This document shows, piece after piece, positions 25,325 through 43,984 of a stretch of 64,000 nucleotides of DNA. The notes beneath the pieces are model-generated. The model had not been told where the DNA came from, did not search any database, and saw only the letters and a list, made by a program, of their open reading frames with translations. The DNA comes from the human T2T-CHM13v2.0 reference genome, Homo sapiens, in the NCBI RefSeq assembly GCF_009914755.1, contig NC_060940.1; one strand, written 5' to 3'. Position 1 is the stretch's first letter. The number at the start of each line of letters is the position of its first letter. Position numbers and translations under genes: made by a program.

Positions 25325-25866
25325 CTAGAGATATGTTGGAAGTAAAATGCAACGGGCTTGATGACCTTGCAGGAAGTCAGCGAGGAGTGATCAGCGCTGA
25401 TAGAGGCTTATATCTTTGGAGTTTGTGTGACCATGCTAACTTTTAAACAGGAGGAATGATACAAAATAAGATGCAGGTTTGGGGTTCTTTTCCAAGGTCT
25501 TGCCTTTACCTATTGGATGTCAACTATCTTCTTGGGTCATTGAACAGGAGCTCTTCCTCTTGGCTTGTGGCACAGATGAGTTTGCTTCTGTCATGACGCT
25601 GGGGACATGGGGTCCTGTGTGCTAGGCCAGGCATTGGGCCGATGTATGCCTGGGGCTACCGCATCTGCTGCTGCTGGAACTGGGTCTGCCCTGTGTCCCT
25701 CGGGATTCCAGCAAGTGGACTTCATCGCATTATCATGCATTCACCTGGTCAGTTTCTGCACGGGCTGTTTATAGGGCACGGGTTTAATAGCTGTCTCCCC
25801 TGCTGCACTGCAGATTCCACGAGGGCAGAGATCATGTCCGGCTGGTCGATCATCCTCTCCTAGGAA

Positions 25867-26193
25867 AAGGCTCTGCAAAGTTTTCCTGTAAAGGGCCACA
25901 CAGGAAATATTTCAGGCCTTTTGGGCTGTGCCATCTCTGTTGCTATTCAACTGCCTTTGTAGCGTGAAAGCTGCCTTGATGATATGTAAACAGATGGGTG
26001 TGGCTGTGTTCCAATAATACTTTATTTATGGATGCAGAAATTTGAATTTCCCATCATTTTCATGTGTTGAAGAATAGTATTCTTGTGATCCTTTTTCCCC
26101 AACCATTTAAAATTGCAAGAGCCATTTTAGCCTGTGAGCCATACAAAGACAGGCAGTGGGCCTGCGGTCTGAAAGCATAGTTTGTTGGTCCCG
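25867..26193. mobile_element. MER58B (hAT-Charlie) inserted in an L2 3' end
   Basis: TTTTCCTGTAAAGGGCCA...GGGTGTGGCTGTGTTCCAATAATACTTTATTTATGGA. Confidence 0.85.
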
Positions 26194-26314
26194 TCCTAAA
26201 GTTTAGCACAGGGCCTGTAATGGCAGTAAACACTCATTTCATATTGTGGAAGAAAAGAAAGAAGGTGTGTAAGTTGTGTTTTTGTGCTTGCTTTCTCCTG
26301 CAGAGTGGGTAAAG

Positions 26315-26487
26315 GAATGGTACTGAGGACTAGTAAAATGCAAAGATTTGGTATCGGTAGGTCTTCATCCTGCTCCTAATGCATAGTGTGACCTGGAGCC
26401 AGTTTGTGCAGCTCTTTGGGCCTCAGCTGTCCTATCTGTGTGATGAGGAGAAGCCTAGCTTCATTAAGGGATGTGAAAATGCTTTTA
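26315..26487 (+). mobile_element. MIR SINE
   Basis: TAGTGTGACCTGGAGCCAGT...CTCTTTGGGCCTCAGCTGTCCTATCTGT. Confidence 0.65.
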
Positions 26488-26860
<373 letters not shown>

Positions 26861-27403
26861 CTAAATCCTGACAAGCCAGTATTTACGCTGCAGCCAGCCC
26901 AGGGCTCAGCTGCAGAGGCAGCGAAATCCTAACAGTGAGCAGGAGGATTTGACATCTGGTGCCCAAGAAGTTTGTTAAGGTTGCCCAGTCACTTGCTGAC
27001 ATGTGCTAGCAAATTCTCATGCTTTCTCCAAAAAAAGGGTATACTATGGGCTTCGCTCCCACAACATTTTGGTAAATCTTCCAAGAAGATCTGGCTTTCT
27101 TCTTGTTAAAGGAAGCATTTGATGGCAGCCTGGATGAAATAGATATCAAATCTGAGTGACATTATTGCTGTTGTTAAACTAAAGCTGAACCTCTTAAACT
27201 TGGCATCAGTTGACTCTCCTCTTTGTCAGAAAACCTATGCAGGATGCCATGTGATCTGGAGGACACAAAAGCATGATTGTGTCATTTCTTTCTGTATGGA
27301 GTCTGTGCAGTCAGACAGTTCTTTTCTATCTTGCTTTCTTCCTTGGGTCAGGACAAGTCCAATTCACTGAATGCACCAAGCCCCTTCTAGAAAAACAGCA
27401 CAG

Positions 27404-27696
<293 letters not shown>

Positions 27697-29144
27697 AGAA
27701 AAACAGCACAACAAACAAGAAGAGTTCAGTGGTTACAATCAAATTTTAAACCAATTGTCAAAGTACAAGCCACCACTAAGCAGATGGTGGGATCTGGTTT
27801 TTGTTTTGTTTTTTGAAGCATAATGGATCCTCTGTGGTATGGGAATTTTAAGGGGAAAAAAAAGAGAACAATTTCTCCTTCTCTGCAGTACATTTACTGC
27901 TGCTATCACTCTCTTTCTACCCTGAAATGTTTCTGTTTCACCACCATTCATCTCTCTTGATTGGTTTTGCTTTTTTTTTTTTTTTTTCTTCTAAGATGTT
28001 GCTAAATTTGCTTGTAAAGTTTTGTTTATTCATTGGCGCTTGGTTGAAAGGTGCTGGATCATTAATCTAAGTATTCAAGGTTAACCATGCTTTATGCTGA
28101 AATTGCCTTTTTATGGAACAGATTTCAAGGTTTTGCAAGAGTTGAGTGCTACCTCATTTTTGACATTTCAGCAATGAATCCTGTTTGAAATGTGATTTGA
28201 ATCCAATCATCATCTTATTTGTGGAGGAAGATAAAAATAATATACAAATATTGCAGTAAAATTGCATTTTTCCCTGCCCCCTGTTTTGCATTTCAATTCA
28301 GCTAGATTCTGCTAGGGTGGCACCCAGCAATGGCATCCCTGCTTTAATTCTATCTTTCATTTTTTTTCCCTCCCAGAAGGCTTAAACATATTTCCTTTCT
28401 ATCTAACATAAGTTGTACAGGGCTTCTGAAGAGTGTGCATTGAAGAAATGGAGCTTACACAATTACTTCTATACCTTATTATGGAATCTGAGGGTAAACA
28501 GGGCTTTGGAGGTCATCTAATTCGTCTCCTTTTGCAATTACAGAATTATTTCTTTGAAGGAACAAATGAAGAATCTCTTCTTCCAGGCCTCTTTGTAAAT
28601 GTGTGAAGAAGTTTATAAGTGCCTCCATCTCAGAGTGTGTGTGGATGTGGCTTTTTAATTAAAGACCAAGGCTTCAAGCTTTGCTGTTTTCTCCGATCTG
28701 ATATAGCCACTGTTCCTAGTCACATCATGGAGCTCTTGGTCAGCCTGTGATCTGGGAGGTTTCTTTTCTAACTAACGTGTATCCTTCCCTTAGAACTAGT
28801 CTGCAGGGGCTGGTACCAGGCAGCCTCTCTTAAGAAACTTACACCCAGAAACTGCTCCATTTCTGTGTAAATGGTAGCCATGTCCGAGTGGGTGTCACTC
28901 ACCCTATTTCAGCAGCACCCCCTCCCTGTTTGCTATCTACAAATTATCTCTCCCCTCATTAAAGTTTGGTCTTCCAAAGCTTTTCAAACTCTCAGACTCT
29001 CATTCACTCTAAAATATTTACAGATTAACCATGTTCAGCCTCAGCATGGTGTCATCATGGGAAGATGCTCTCAGTGTGGACAAGATAAAGCTGTTAAAGC
29101 TGGTTGAGCCAAGCTTTTTCGTATTTAAATAATGGAAACAGGAA

Positions 29145-29655
<511 letters not shown>

Positions 29656-29742
29656 CGTCACGTCTACACATCGTATTTAGCAAAAAGCTAAGCAAGTTAT
29701 TCCCTTGCTGTGAATTATCAGATTCTAGTACCAGGGAGCTGA

Positions 29743-30120
<378 letters not shown>

Positions 30121-30349
30121 TAAGAACACATTTCTAAGCTTCACACTGCTGTCCTGTTGTCATGATGATAGGTCAAACTTACTGCAGCTTAGTTTGGGCG
30201 GGACATTTTGGCTGGGAACACCAATACCCGTAAAGGTCATGTTTACGTTCTTGTGTGAGCCTTTCTTTAACCACTGAGTGTATTTTCTATCATGATTATC
30301 ATCCACTTCTTGCTGTGTATTGGCATGAGGGAGTCTTTGTCCTCCTCCA

Positions 30350-30990
30350 TTTGTTCATCCAAAAATTACTGAATAGCTAATTAACCCCGATGCTGGGGAT
30401 ACACCAAACATGATTCCTGCACCTTTTCGAGCTTATATTTGGTGGAAAGGATAGAAAAAGCAGCAACAACCAATAAATGGAAAAATAAATAAAGCCATCA
30501 CAGGTGGTAAGATGTCTGTAAAAGAAACCATTGCGTCCCAAAGAGAGAAAAGAAGTTCTTTTAGTATCTCCAGTTGTTAAAATAGTGTCTGACACATAGT
30601 AGGAACTCAAGTGATTATTTACTGAGTAAATGTTTACGGTAAATGGAATAGTTTAGGTAGGGGAATCCACAAAGATTCTCTGGGGATCTACTATTTCAGC
30701 AGAAATATAAAGAATTATTCATGAGATGATCAAGGGGCCAGATAGGGCTGGGAGGAAGGGAAGTATGGGTGGTGAGAAAGGCGGAGAGCTGGAAAGATAT
30801 TGGATTGTTTGAGGAATTGTGGAATAAAGAATCTCTATGGTTGAAAAATAAAGAGAGAGGTGTTGGGGTAGTTATTGATTCCGCAAAGATGAAGCTCAGA
30901 GAGTACCCAGGAACATGACTGGGGTCATAGGTTCTGGAGAGGAACTTGGACTTTAATTGAAATGCAAGGGGAAATGACTAAAGTCTTGGT
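30350..30990 (-). mobile_element. L2 fragments (mixed orientation)
   Basis: TTCATCCAAAAATTACTGA...TGCTGGGGATAC...; a + strand piece TAGTGTCTGACACATAGTAGGAACTCAA near 30585. Confidence 0.55.
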
Positions 30991-31837
30991 AAAGTCAAAG
31001 TCCATTGGCAACCATTCAATGAACTTCAAATCCATGCCTTTTAGGGTTGGTGACCCTGAAGGATGAAGCGTTGGCCTTGAGAATAAGGCAGTTCTTGTAA
31101 GTTCAACCACTGGCTTTCACTTACAGCCTTCATCACATCACTCACCTCCTGTAAGCATCCGTAGCCTTCATTTTCAATGGAGAAAAAAGAAGTTGAGATG
31201 CATTTCTCCCCATTGCTATTTTGGAATCCACTCAGAGCACTCAGCGCCTGCTGTTGTTCTCATTGGAATCTTGCTGTCCCATGCAACTTGACTTCTATTT
31301 ACACTCCTCGGATTCGTATGTGCAAGTCTTGCTTGTGAGGGAAGAGCCACCCTAGATATGAAAGGACTTGATTAGGAAAAAAAAAAAAAAAAACCTTTTG
31401 AAGAGAGAGGTGTAAAAAAAATGAAGCCATTAGCGTCAACTTAAATTCAAGATATTTGGGATGATACATCTGCTTATAGGCTCATAAAACAGGCACCAGC
31501 TCAAGGTTATGTGAAACAAAGAAAATGTCTAGCATTGCTCAGCTGTTTTAGGCTACCTAATTATATTTTTAGCTTTACGCACTTGGGATTCTCTTTTCTT
31601 TTTTATTTGTTTTGAGGGTGTATAGTGGGCACCTGTCAATTCTGCAGCCCAGAATCCATGCCCCTACTTCTCTAAGAGTGTCCATTTTTCCCTCTGGTGA
31701 TCATTCCTCCCCATTCTCAGACCTTTTGACTTCCAGGAGAGCTTCGTCTGTCTCAGTCTACAGGGAACAAGTGTGTGGCTTCCACCTGGCTCTGAGAAGC
31801 ACTGTGTACCCCAGTCACTATGACTGTTGAAAGGTGA

Positions 31838-32174
<337 letters not shown>

Positions 32175-32344
32175 CTGTCTGTGGAATTTTTAAAATGTGT
32201 TTGAACTTGGGGGACGTAGGTCTGAAGCTGTTTGCAGCCATTTTGGCACCATGTGGAGCGTAGGAATGAAACTCACACTCACAGAAAGTGTGAAGAAGAG
32301 CAGAAAGAAAGAAATGAAGACCAAGGTTCAATGGCACCATTTAA

Positions 32345-32867
32345 TGGTGATTTAAAACATGTGTTTGTTTTTATTTTTACTTATTATTTATTATTTTTAA
32401 TTAATTTGTCTTTTAGTTGACAAATAAAAATTGTGTATATTTGTCGTGTGATATATATATATATAATGGAATACTACTCAGCCTTAAAAAGAAGGAAACC
32501 TGGCTGGGCACAGTGGTTCCCACCAGTAACCTCAGCACTTTGGTAGGCTGAGGTGGGAGAATTGCTTGAACCTAGGAGTTTGAGGCTGCAGGGAGCTATG
32601 ATTGTGTCACTGCCTTCTAGCTTGGATGACAGAGCGAGATGCTGTTTCAAAAACAAAAACAAACAAAAAGGAAATTCCATCATTTGTGGCAATATGGAAG
32701 AACCTGGAGGACATTCGGCTAAATAAACTAAGCCAGGCACAAACATACAAATACACCATCTCAGTAATATGTGGAATCTAAAAAAAGTTGAACTCACAGA
32801 AGCAGAGAGTAGAATGGCGGTTTCCAGGGGCTGACAGGTGGAGATGGAGAGTTCAGGAGATGTTGGA
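32345..32867. mobile_element. L1MA-like insertion with inverted structure
   Basis: Minus-strand 3' end (TTGACAAATAAAAATTGTGTATATTT) followed by plus-strand segment ATGGAATACTACTCAGCCTTAAAAAGAAGGAAA...AGAGAGTAGAATGGCGGTTTCCAGGGGCTG. Confidence 0.75.
32502..32668 (+). mobile_element. Alu monomer (FRAM-like)
   Basis: Single ~165-bp arm with GAGGCTGCAGGGAGCTATGATTGTGTCACTG. Confidence 0.85.
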
Positions 32868-34825
32868 CAATGACATCACTTGAAAGGTCCCTGGATCCAG
32901 CTAAGCCTTAACCCTTTTATCCCTCTAACTACTGAGTTACCTAAACTAGTAAATTCCCTTTTTTTAGTCTTTTCACCCAGCTTGGCTTTGCACTTTTGCC
33001 AGCTGCAACCAGCAAAGTTCACACTGTGGCAGGGGTGCTCATCAGTACGTTCAGTTCATGAGGAGGACTCAGATGATGCATGCTGCAGGGATTCAGAGGG
33101 AGAATTTCTTTTCTCCTTCATAGAGCCCATTTTTCTGTGTCTGTGGGCACAAGTTGGGAAAGGAGAGAATAATGAAACGACATGCACAGATGCATACAGG
33201 ACTCTGCAGAGATGGTGCAGGCATTGTCAAGATGACCCGCCCACCACTAGCTTACATATCCTTCATTTTTTTGTGTGTGTTTCTTTCAACACTCTTCGAT
33301 CATGAAACTACATCTTTTATTTTCCTTGACAGTGCTCAAGAAAATGTGGTCATTAAGTTTATCATCATGAAAGCAGGCACCTGGTTTCTGAAATACTAGA
33401 CTTCTTCATGTGTATCATCTCTGTGGTTTTTCAGAACTCTAAAATGAAGGTCCACTTAGTCCAATTGCTGTTCTAGGAACCTGTGATCTTTTAATCTTGG
33501 ATGTCTCTACCTAAACTATGGTGTGAGGGTGGTGTACTAACAAGCAACTGAAGTTGAATGACAAGAGTAAACATGAGGTAGGTTTTTCTCAGTGCTAATC
33601 AATGACGAACCTCGTGCTCAAAAATTCAGCTCAGGCTGTAGCCACCAAATAAATCATGGGCCAGAGAGGTTCAGGGACTCAAAGACATGAGGCTGTACCC
33701 AGGAGAAATCAAGCTACGGACTGGTAAGGCTCAGAATAAAAATTGATGCTGTCTTCCCAGTATTTGGGAAAATAGGATTGTACCTCTTTGAGCTACTTAT
33801 GTGTACTGCCATCTGAGTCGCTGTCTCAGCATTTCCAGCAGAAATGCAACAGGGCTGGTGAAGTGTCCAGGAGTGAATGACTTGTAAGCCATTAGGAAGG
33901 CCGGGGAAACTGTGTTTGGGCTAAATTGCTTTTGGTCAGGAGCTCCATCTTCTCATGGCTGTGAAATGACGGATACCTGAGAGAAGTCCCAGCTGAAAGC
34001 CGTGTCTGCACTGTTGTTTTCTAAGTGGATGCTAATCCGTTAATTAGAAGGTTTGCAGTTATCCTTGGCACTGTATGCGTGCATACATTAGTATTTCTAT
34101 TTATGCACATGCAATGGATGTATTTACATATCCGTAAACCTGAGTCTTTTTACCTACCTCTTAGAGGTGCCATTCTGATTATTTTCTGGTTTAGAGATGG
34201 AAAGACAAAATCTGCCCCTCCCCACCCCCAAATCCTGAACTTGAGTGGAGCTGTGGTGATAATACTGAACTGAAGGGCTGTGCAGGTACCTAGTGTTTTA
34301 CTTTGTGCCAATTATTTGTTAATGCAGGTATCAATTTTTTAAAAAATGTTTTGGATGACTTCAGTGTGCCTGGCACTGTGTTTGTTTCTGGGAATAAAAT
34401 AGAGAACAAAAAACAGAGAAGGTGTCAGCCCTTTTGCAACTTATAATTTAGGGAGGGAGTGAGAAAAAAAAAAGCATGGAAGAAACATATCAGATAGTTA
34501 TGATTTAAATTAAATAAAATAAACTATGAATTAAAATTAGTTGATGCGACAGTATATGGCTAGGTGAGTCTCTAAGCTTAGGTTATAAATGATGACTTTT
34601 ACAAAGAGACTACCCTTAAGTTGAAATCTGTATTATAAGTAGGGAGCACCTATAAATATTGGGGCAGGGGGTTAGTTTTGAGCAGGTGGATCAATTAGTG
34701 CAAAGGTCCTGGGGCAGGAAGGAGGCTGGAGTGGTTTGGGAACCAAGAAAGAGCCGGGCCAGGGTTGCATTTTAGTGGATGATAGGGAAGGCAGCATGGA
34801 ATGAAGTGGAGACGGGCTTGTGGGG

Positions 34826-35047
34826 CCGGGTTTCTCAACCTCAGCACTACTGACATTCGAAGCTGGAGAATGCTCTTTGGTGAGGGCTGTCCTGTGTATA
34901 GTAAGATGTTCAGCAGCCTCTCTGGCCTCTACCCACTAGACGATAGTACCTCGCACTCCTCCAGTTGTGACAATAAAAATGTCTCCAGACATTTGCCAAA
35001 TGTCCCCTCCAAATGTGACAAAATCTCCCTTGGTTGAAAAACCACTG
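34826..35047 (-). mobile_element. MER20 (hAT-Charlie)
   Basis: GGTTTCTCAACCTCAGCACTACTGACATT...CCAGTTGTGACAATAAAAATGTCTCCAGACATTTGCCAAATGTCCCC...AACCACTG. Confidence 0.92.
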
Positions 35048-35136
35048 AAATTGGCCTTGCCTGCAAGAAGTTTGAGTTTATTCTAGGATCCATGGAAAGC
35101 CACTGAAAGTTTGAAGCAATTAAGTATCACGATTTG

Positions 35137-35477
<341 letters not shown>

Positions 35478-38069
35478 CTATTTGCTGTAAGCAAATGGGT
35501 TGCAGGAAGGCAATGTGGAAAGGAAAAAAGTTCATGGTCCCAGAGAGAGGTTATAATTGCCTTGATGGAAGGTGACAGTCATGGGAAGAAAGTTCTGTAG
35601 GCAGATATGATTTGGATAAAGTTGACAGAATTTATTTGTGGACCAGATGGATGGGCAGGGAGAGAAGGAGAAGATTAAGTACAATTCTTAGATTTTTAAA
35701 TAACAAATAGGATACCCCTCCCATCCTCGAAGAGCTCACACTGAAGTAAGGGAAAACAAACATATATATTGCACTCATTACAGTGTGCTCTAATAAATGC
35801 ATGAACAAAATGTTTTGGCAGCGCTGAGGAGAGAGTGAATAATTCTTTCAGAGAAAGTCAGGGAAGATTGCTCAGAGGCTGTAAAAGCTTTTGAAGAATA
35901 AGTAGGATTTTTCTAAGTGGAGAAGGAGCTCAGGTTCCTGGTCTATACTAAGAGGAAACCATAGGAGATAATCCCTCTTCAATAATTCAAACTGCTGTCA
36001 AGGAAAATTATGCCCAGAGTGACTCTGTTCTATGGCCTGGGAGGGAAACTGGGGTGAATGTCCTAAATTGTTGTCTTTGAAAAGACCGTTTTTAAAATTC
36101 GTGGCCCAACGTAGCCTTTTACTGGGTAACTCTAAGTATTTAAGATGTTCTCCAAGCGTTTTAACTGAAGACACTGCGTCTTATTTTGTCTTCATTGAAT
36201 TTCGAAGAAGCATCTGTAGTAAGTATATTTACACGGTTTTTCTAGGTAATTGTTTGTCTCCTGGACCATAGAGTACCTTAAATACGTTACATTATATAAT
36301 TTACTAATAGTAATACAATTTTATGAAGATATCTAGAGGTAACAAATTCAAGATTATGTATTTCTATCTCTGGAATAATAATTACTGTTTTCATTTGTAA
36401 AAGAGATTGTAAGGGAAATAAAATGTAAAGTTAAAGCTAAATGTCATTGTATTCTATGCTTGCTGTAAGGTCAAAATATGTGATCCTGATGGAATATGGT
36501 AATATCCCTTTGCTCTCCTCCGCACACTGAGGAACCTTTTCCTGGGACTAATAGACCCCCCTAATGGGATGCAGACAGTGCCTCAGAGTAGATGTTGTTC
36601 CATAAATATCTGGGGGCACTCCAGATTGGGACCTTGAGAACTAGATGGTATGCTAAATTCCCTCCTTCCTTTGCAGGAATTAAAAAGCATCCCTCAAATT
36701 GACAAGAAAATTGGATAATAAATTAACCATTTACAGTTTGGTAAATATATGCACAACTGAAGTTCCACGTCATGGGCCATATTTTTATCAGATGCAACAC
36801 CAGATGAAGGATAAACCATATGACCCACCCTCTTCTGCCATGAATGAACAATGGACTGAAGTCTTTCATAATTGCTTGTTTCAAGATGCTCACTAAATCA
36901 GACAAGGAACTCCTGTCTTGTGTCTTTAAGGGAGGTTGAACAATAGGCTGGGACACTGGAGTAAATGGGGCACTCTGCCATACTTACACTTTCCTTTGAA
37001 ATTTGTGTTTGGGAGGCTTTAACTATGAGTATATTTTGCAGCCAAATGCAGTTAGCTTTTTGACTAATGGAGCTGGTGTGAATTTTACCCCTCCATCTGT
37101 AGATGCTGAAATGTCACATTATTTCATTTTTCTAAAACAAATTAAATGACTCTGAGCATCCAGTCATTAGGGTTTTAAGAAACTCAATCACAACTATGAG
37201 TATAGGGAATGGGGATGAACAGTATCCCTTTCCCATATGCTAGATAGACAGTCACCTGTGGAGCTTAGCAGTGCTTCGGATACAGGGAAGGACAGCTGGT
37301 CTTTGAGATATTGTGGGCATTTGGGTGTTAGGATTCTTATTACTTAAACCTGCCCAGTCCCTATAAAAAGGGACCGCTTTGCAAATTCTGATCCATGCAT
37401 GGAACAGGAAATCTTTCTTAATATTTAGCTGCTTCATGCATTCAAATCCTTGAAGACCCCCCACATGCCCTGCACCCTTCTCAGTTCCCTTTCAATCTTG
37501 GGGTATCTCCCCTTTCTGAGAATTCACTGCTGTTGCTGACCTCCTCCCACTCATTTCCTTCCATCTTCTCTTACTTTCTTAATACCCCACATTATCTCTG
37601 CTGACTGTGTCTTTAGACACACAACACTTTTCTTTAAGGAAAGGCAAGGCTGTGTGTTCCTTACCTCATCATGTTATGTTAGAGGTCCAAATGTTTTATG
37701 GGTGACCAATTAATTCATCATGTCATCTGGATGACTGTTGAAAGCAAAAGCGGGATCATTGTAAGAACTGTGTCAGGAAACCAGCAAAACCAGCCCTGTC
37801 CCAGGCAAACTGGGAATTATGATCTCTCTCTGGAAGGAAAGAAGAAGAAAAGTGGGAGAGGTAGGCTGTTCTTTTTCCAACAAGAATCTTGGAAGGCGTT
37901 TTCATTTTGGAAACTGTTTAGAAGACTATACTAAATTGTTACTCCTTATTACCAACATGCATAGCATCCTGCAATGCAGACATCCATGACTGTGCATCTC
38001 CACTGCTTCAAACAGGGCACTAGTGTTCCAAGCTTTGTGTTTCTATTGCCAGCCCTGAATGCAAAAATA

Positions 38070-38230
38070 TGGGATCCTGAGTTCAAATCGGGCTCAGAAG
38101 TTGACATATTGTTTGACCTTGAGCAATCTGCTTAATTTCATAGTGTTTGTTTGCTCATCTGAAAACAAAAGGGATAATGCTGATCGAGGCATATTGTGGA
38201 GATTAATTAGTTTCTGAAGTGCTGAGATCC
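38070..38230 (+). mobile_element. MIR SINE
   Basis: CCTGAGTTCAAATC...TGACCTTGAGCAATCTGCTTAA...CTCATCTG. Confidence 0.65.
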
Positions 38231-39634
38231 ACAGATGAAAGGCTTTAAGTGGAAATTATTTTGTTTTTAAAGGAATAATCGATGCATGTGAATAAAAGAG
38301 AACTAACTGAACTGAATTACAGGCACTTGGCTGCTGGTGGGAGTGGGGGAAGAAAGAATATTGCTTCTTGCAAAGAACCTTAAATTTACCCCCCAGAATA
38401 GCAGTGGGAAAATTGCTTTTTTTTTGTGATTCTGAAAGGATGAGAAATTATGCAAAAGAAACGAGCTAGAATAAGAGGAGAATATATGCAGTTAAGACAT
38501 ATTTCAAAGTAACTTTCCTGGATAAACAACTAGGTATCTAATATATATATTATGTGTATTAGATATATATATGATATATATGATATATTAATGTATTAGA
38601 TAATGTGTGTGTGTGTAAGTATGTATATACTCCACCAGTCCTCTGTGATTAGGTTCTTAGCCAAATGCTTGTCTACCAAAACAGCTCAGCCACGATCCCC
38701 AAGGAGCCTTAATGACCCCTAAGTCCTTGGTGAAAAGATCAGTTTGGGAAGGAGAAACTAACTGTTTAAAAATCTCACAGCTGTGTATCGTGGTGAGAAA
38801 ACTAGCACTATTAAGCGTGTTACTGTTTAAAACCACTTTTGCTCTTGTTACATTTGGTCTTCTCTCCAATAAATATTATTATTGCCCTTGATGTACAGAT
38901 AGGAAAATGATAATCAGGGAAATTAAATGGCTGGCCAATGGCCATTTGTTTGGTTAGGTGGTATAGGCAATATTCTGACCTCAACATTATGACTCACAAG
39001 ACTCTGACCATGTCACTGTCACCGAAGGGTTTGCTAAAGATATGGTGACATTCAGCTGGCATGTGGAAATGAATTATTGTCTAAGGACTACAGAAGAATT
39101 GGAATGAAGACAGGATTTTTTTTGTCAAAGAAAATAAAAAGTTCTGACCATTAAACGAATGCGTTTTTGTCATAGACGTGGTGGAAAATGCCAACAAAGT
39201 AAGATTTCAAAATTGGCTCAAAGTCTCCTGAGTCAAATGAAAACTCTGTCAAAGCCATGTTATACTTCTTCTTAGTCTTTTATCCATGCATTTTAATAAT
39301 ATAGTTATGGTCATGTTATCCCAAATTCTTTTCAAATGTTGTTTTAATGGCTCTGTAACTTTCTACCTTGTGACTATTGCATGGTTGTTTTGACCTTTTT
39401 CTCATTTTTTGTAGATATTTAAGTTCTTACTTTTTTTTTACTTTTATAATTAGCTCTGTAATGAGCTTTTTGTGTGAAAAAACATATAATTATATACAGA
39501 GTTATTACCTTACTACAGATTCATAACATTTGGATTATTGCATCTTGGGAAATAAATATTGTAGTGTTCCTTGTGTATATATCAAGTTTATATCAATACC
39601 ATCTATATACTTATATATCAGATTTTATAAATTA

Positions 39635-41950
<2,316 letters not shown>

Positions 41951-43984
41951 TCAGGAAACTTACAATTATGGCAGAAGGGTAAGCAAACACGTCCTTCTTC
42001 ACGTGGTAGCAGGAAAGAGAAGTGCTGAAGAAAGGAGCAAAGCCCCTTAGAAAACCATCAGATCTCATGAGAACTCACCATCATGAGAACAGCATCAGGG
42101 TCACCGCCCCCATGGTTCAATTACTTCCCACCGGGTTTCTCCCATAACATATGCGGATTATGGGAACTACAACTCGAGATTTCGGTATAGCCAAAGCATA
42201 TCATTCTGCTCCTGGTCCTTTCCAAATCTCATGTCCTCACATTTAAAAACACAATTATTCCTTTTCAACAGTCCCCCAAAGTCTTAACTTCTTCCACCAT
42301 TAACCCAAAAGTCCAAGTCAAAAGTCTCATCTGAGACAAAGTAAGTCTGTTCTGCCTATGAGCCTGTAAAATCAAAAGCAAGTTAGGTACCTACTAGATA
42401 CAATGGGGTACAGGCATCGGATAAATACACTCATTCCAAATGAGGGAAATTTGCCAAAACAAAGGGACTACAGGTCCCATGTGAGTCCAAAATCCATTAG
42501 GGCAGTCTTTAAACATTAAAGTTCCCAAATGAGCTCCTTTGACTCCATGTCTCACTTCCTGGTCATGGTGATGCAAGAAGTGGGCCCCCATGGCCTTGGG
42601 CAGCTCTGCCCCTATGCCTTTGTGGGGCACAGCCACCTTTCCACCTGCTTTCATGGGCTGGCATTGAGTGTCTGCAGCTTTTCCAGGTGCACAGTCCAGG
42701 CTGTCGCTAGATCTACCATGCTACCATTCTGGGATCTGGAGGATAGTGGTCCTCTTCTCATAGCTTCACTAGGCGGTGCTCCAGTGGGACTCTGTCTGGG
42801 GGCTCCAGCCCCACATTTCCCTTCTGCACTGTCCTAGCAGAGGTTCTCCATGAGGATTCTGCCCCAGTAGCAGACTTTTGCCCGGATATCTGGGCATTTC
42901 CACACATCCTCTGAAATCTAGGCGAAGGTTCCCAAACCTCAATGCTTGTCTTCTGTGCACCCACAGGAGCAATACCACGTGAAAGCTGCCAAGGCTTGGG
43001 GCTTGCACCCTCTGAAGCAATGGCCTGAGCTGTACCTTGGCCTCTTTTAACCATGGCTGGAGCTGAAGCAGCTGGGATGCAGGGGACCATGTCCCGAGGC
43101 AGCACAGAGCAGGGTGGCCCTGGGCCTGGCCCATGAAACCACTTTTCCCTCCTAGGCCTCTGGTCCTGTGATGGGAGGGGCTGCCATGAAGGTGTCTAAC
43201 ATGCCCTGGAAACATTTTCCCCATTGTCTTGGTAATTGACATTCAGCTCCTTGTTACTTATGCGGATTTCTTCCACCAGATATGCGAAATCATGTGTCTC
43301 AAGGTCAAAGTTCCACTGATCTCTAGGGCAGGAGCAAAATGCCACCAGACTCTCTGCTAAAACACAGCAAGAGTGAGCTTTGCTCCAGTTCCCAAGAAGT
43401 TCCTCATCTCCATCTGAGACCACCTCAGCCAGGACTTCATTGTCCATTTCACCATCAGCATTCAACAAGTCTCTAGGAAGTTCCAAACTTTGCCACATCT
43501 TTCTGTCTTCTTGTGAGCCCTCCAAACTGTTCCAACCTCTGCCTGTTACCCAGTTCCAAAGTCACTTCCACATTTTTTGGTATCTTTACAGCAGTGCACT
43601 CCACTACCTCAATAACAACTTATGTGTTAGTTCATTCTCAAGCTGCTATGAAGAAATACCTGAGACTCGGTGATTTATAAAGAAAAGAGGTTTAATTGAA
43701 TCACAGTTCCACATGGCTAAGGAGGCCTCAGGAAAGTTACAGTCATCATGGAAGACACCTCTTCACAGGGCAGCAGGAGAGAGAATGAGTGCCCAATGAA
43801 GGGAGAAGCCCTTTGTAAAACCCCCAGATCTCGTGAGAACTCACCCACTATCACGAGTACAGCATGAGGGTAGCCAGCCCCACAATTCAATGACCTCCTG
43901 TCAGGTCCCTCCCACAACATGTGAGGATTATGAGAACTGCAATTCAAGATGAAATTTGGGTGGGGACACAGCCAAATCATATCA
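41951..43984 (-). mobile_element. THE1 (MaLR) element: truncated 3' LTR 41951-42203, internal region 42204-43622, 5' LTR 43623-43984
   Basis: LTR motifs AAAACCATCAGATCTCATGAGAACTCAC and TTTGGGTGGGGACACAGCCAAATCATATCA; internal ORF pieces MEGSQEDRKMWQSLELPRDLLN and VQKGNVGLEPP are typical THE1/MST-int translations. Confidence 0.95.
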
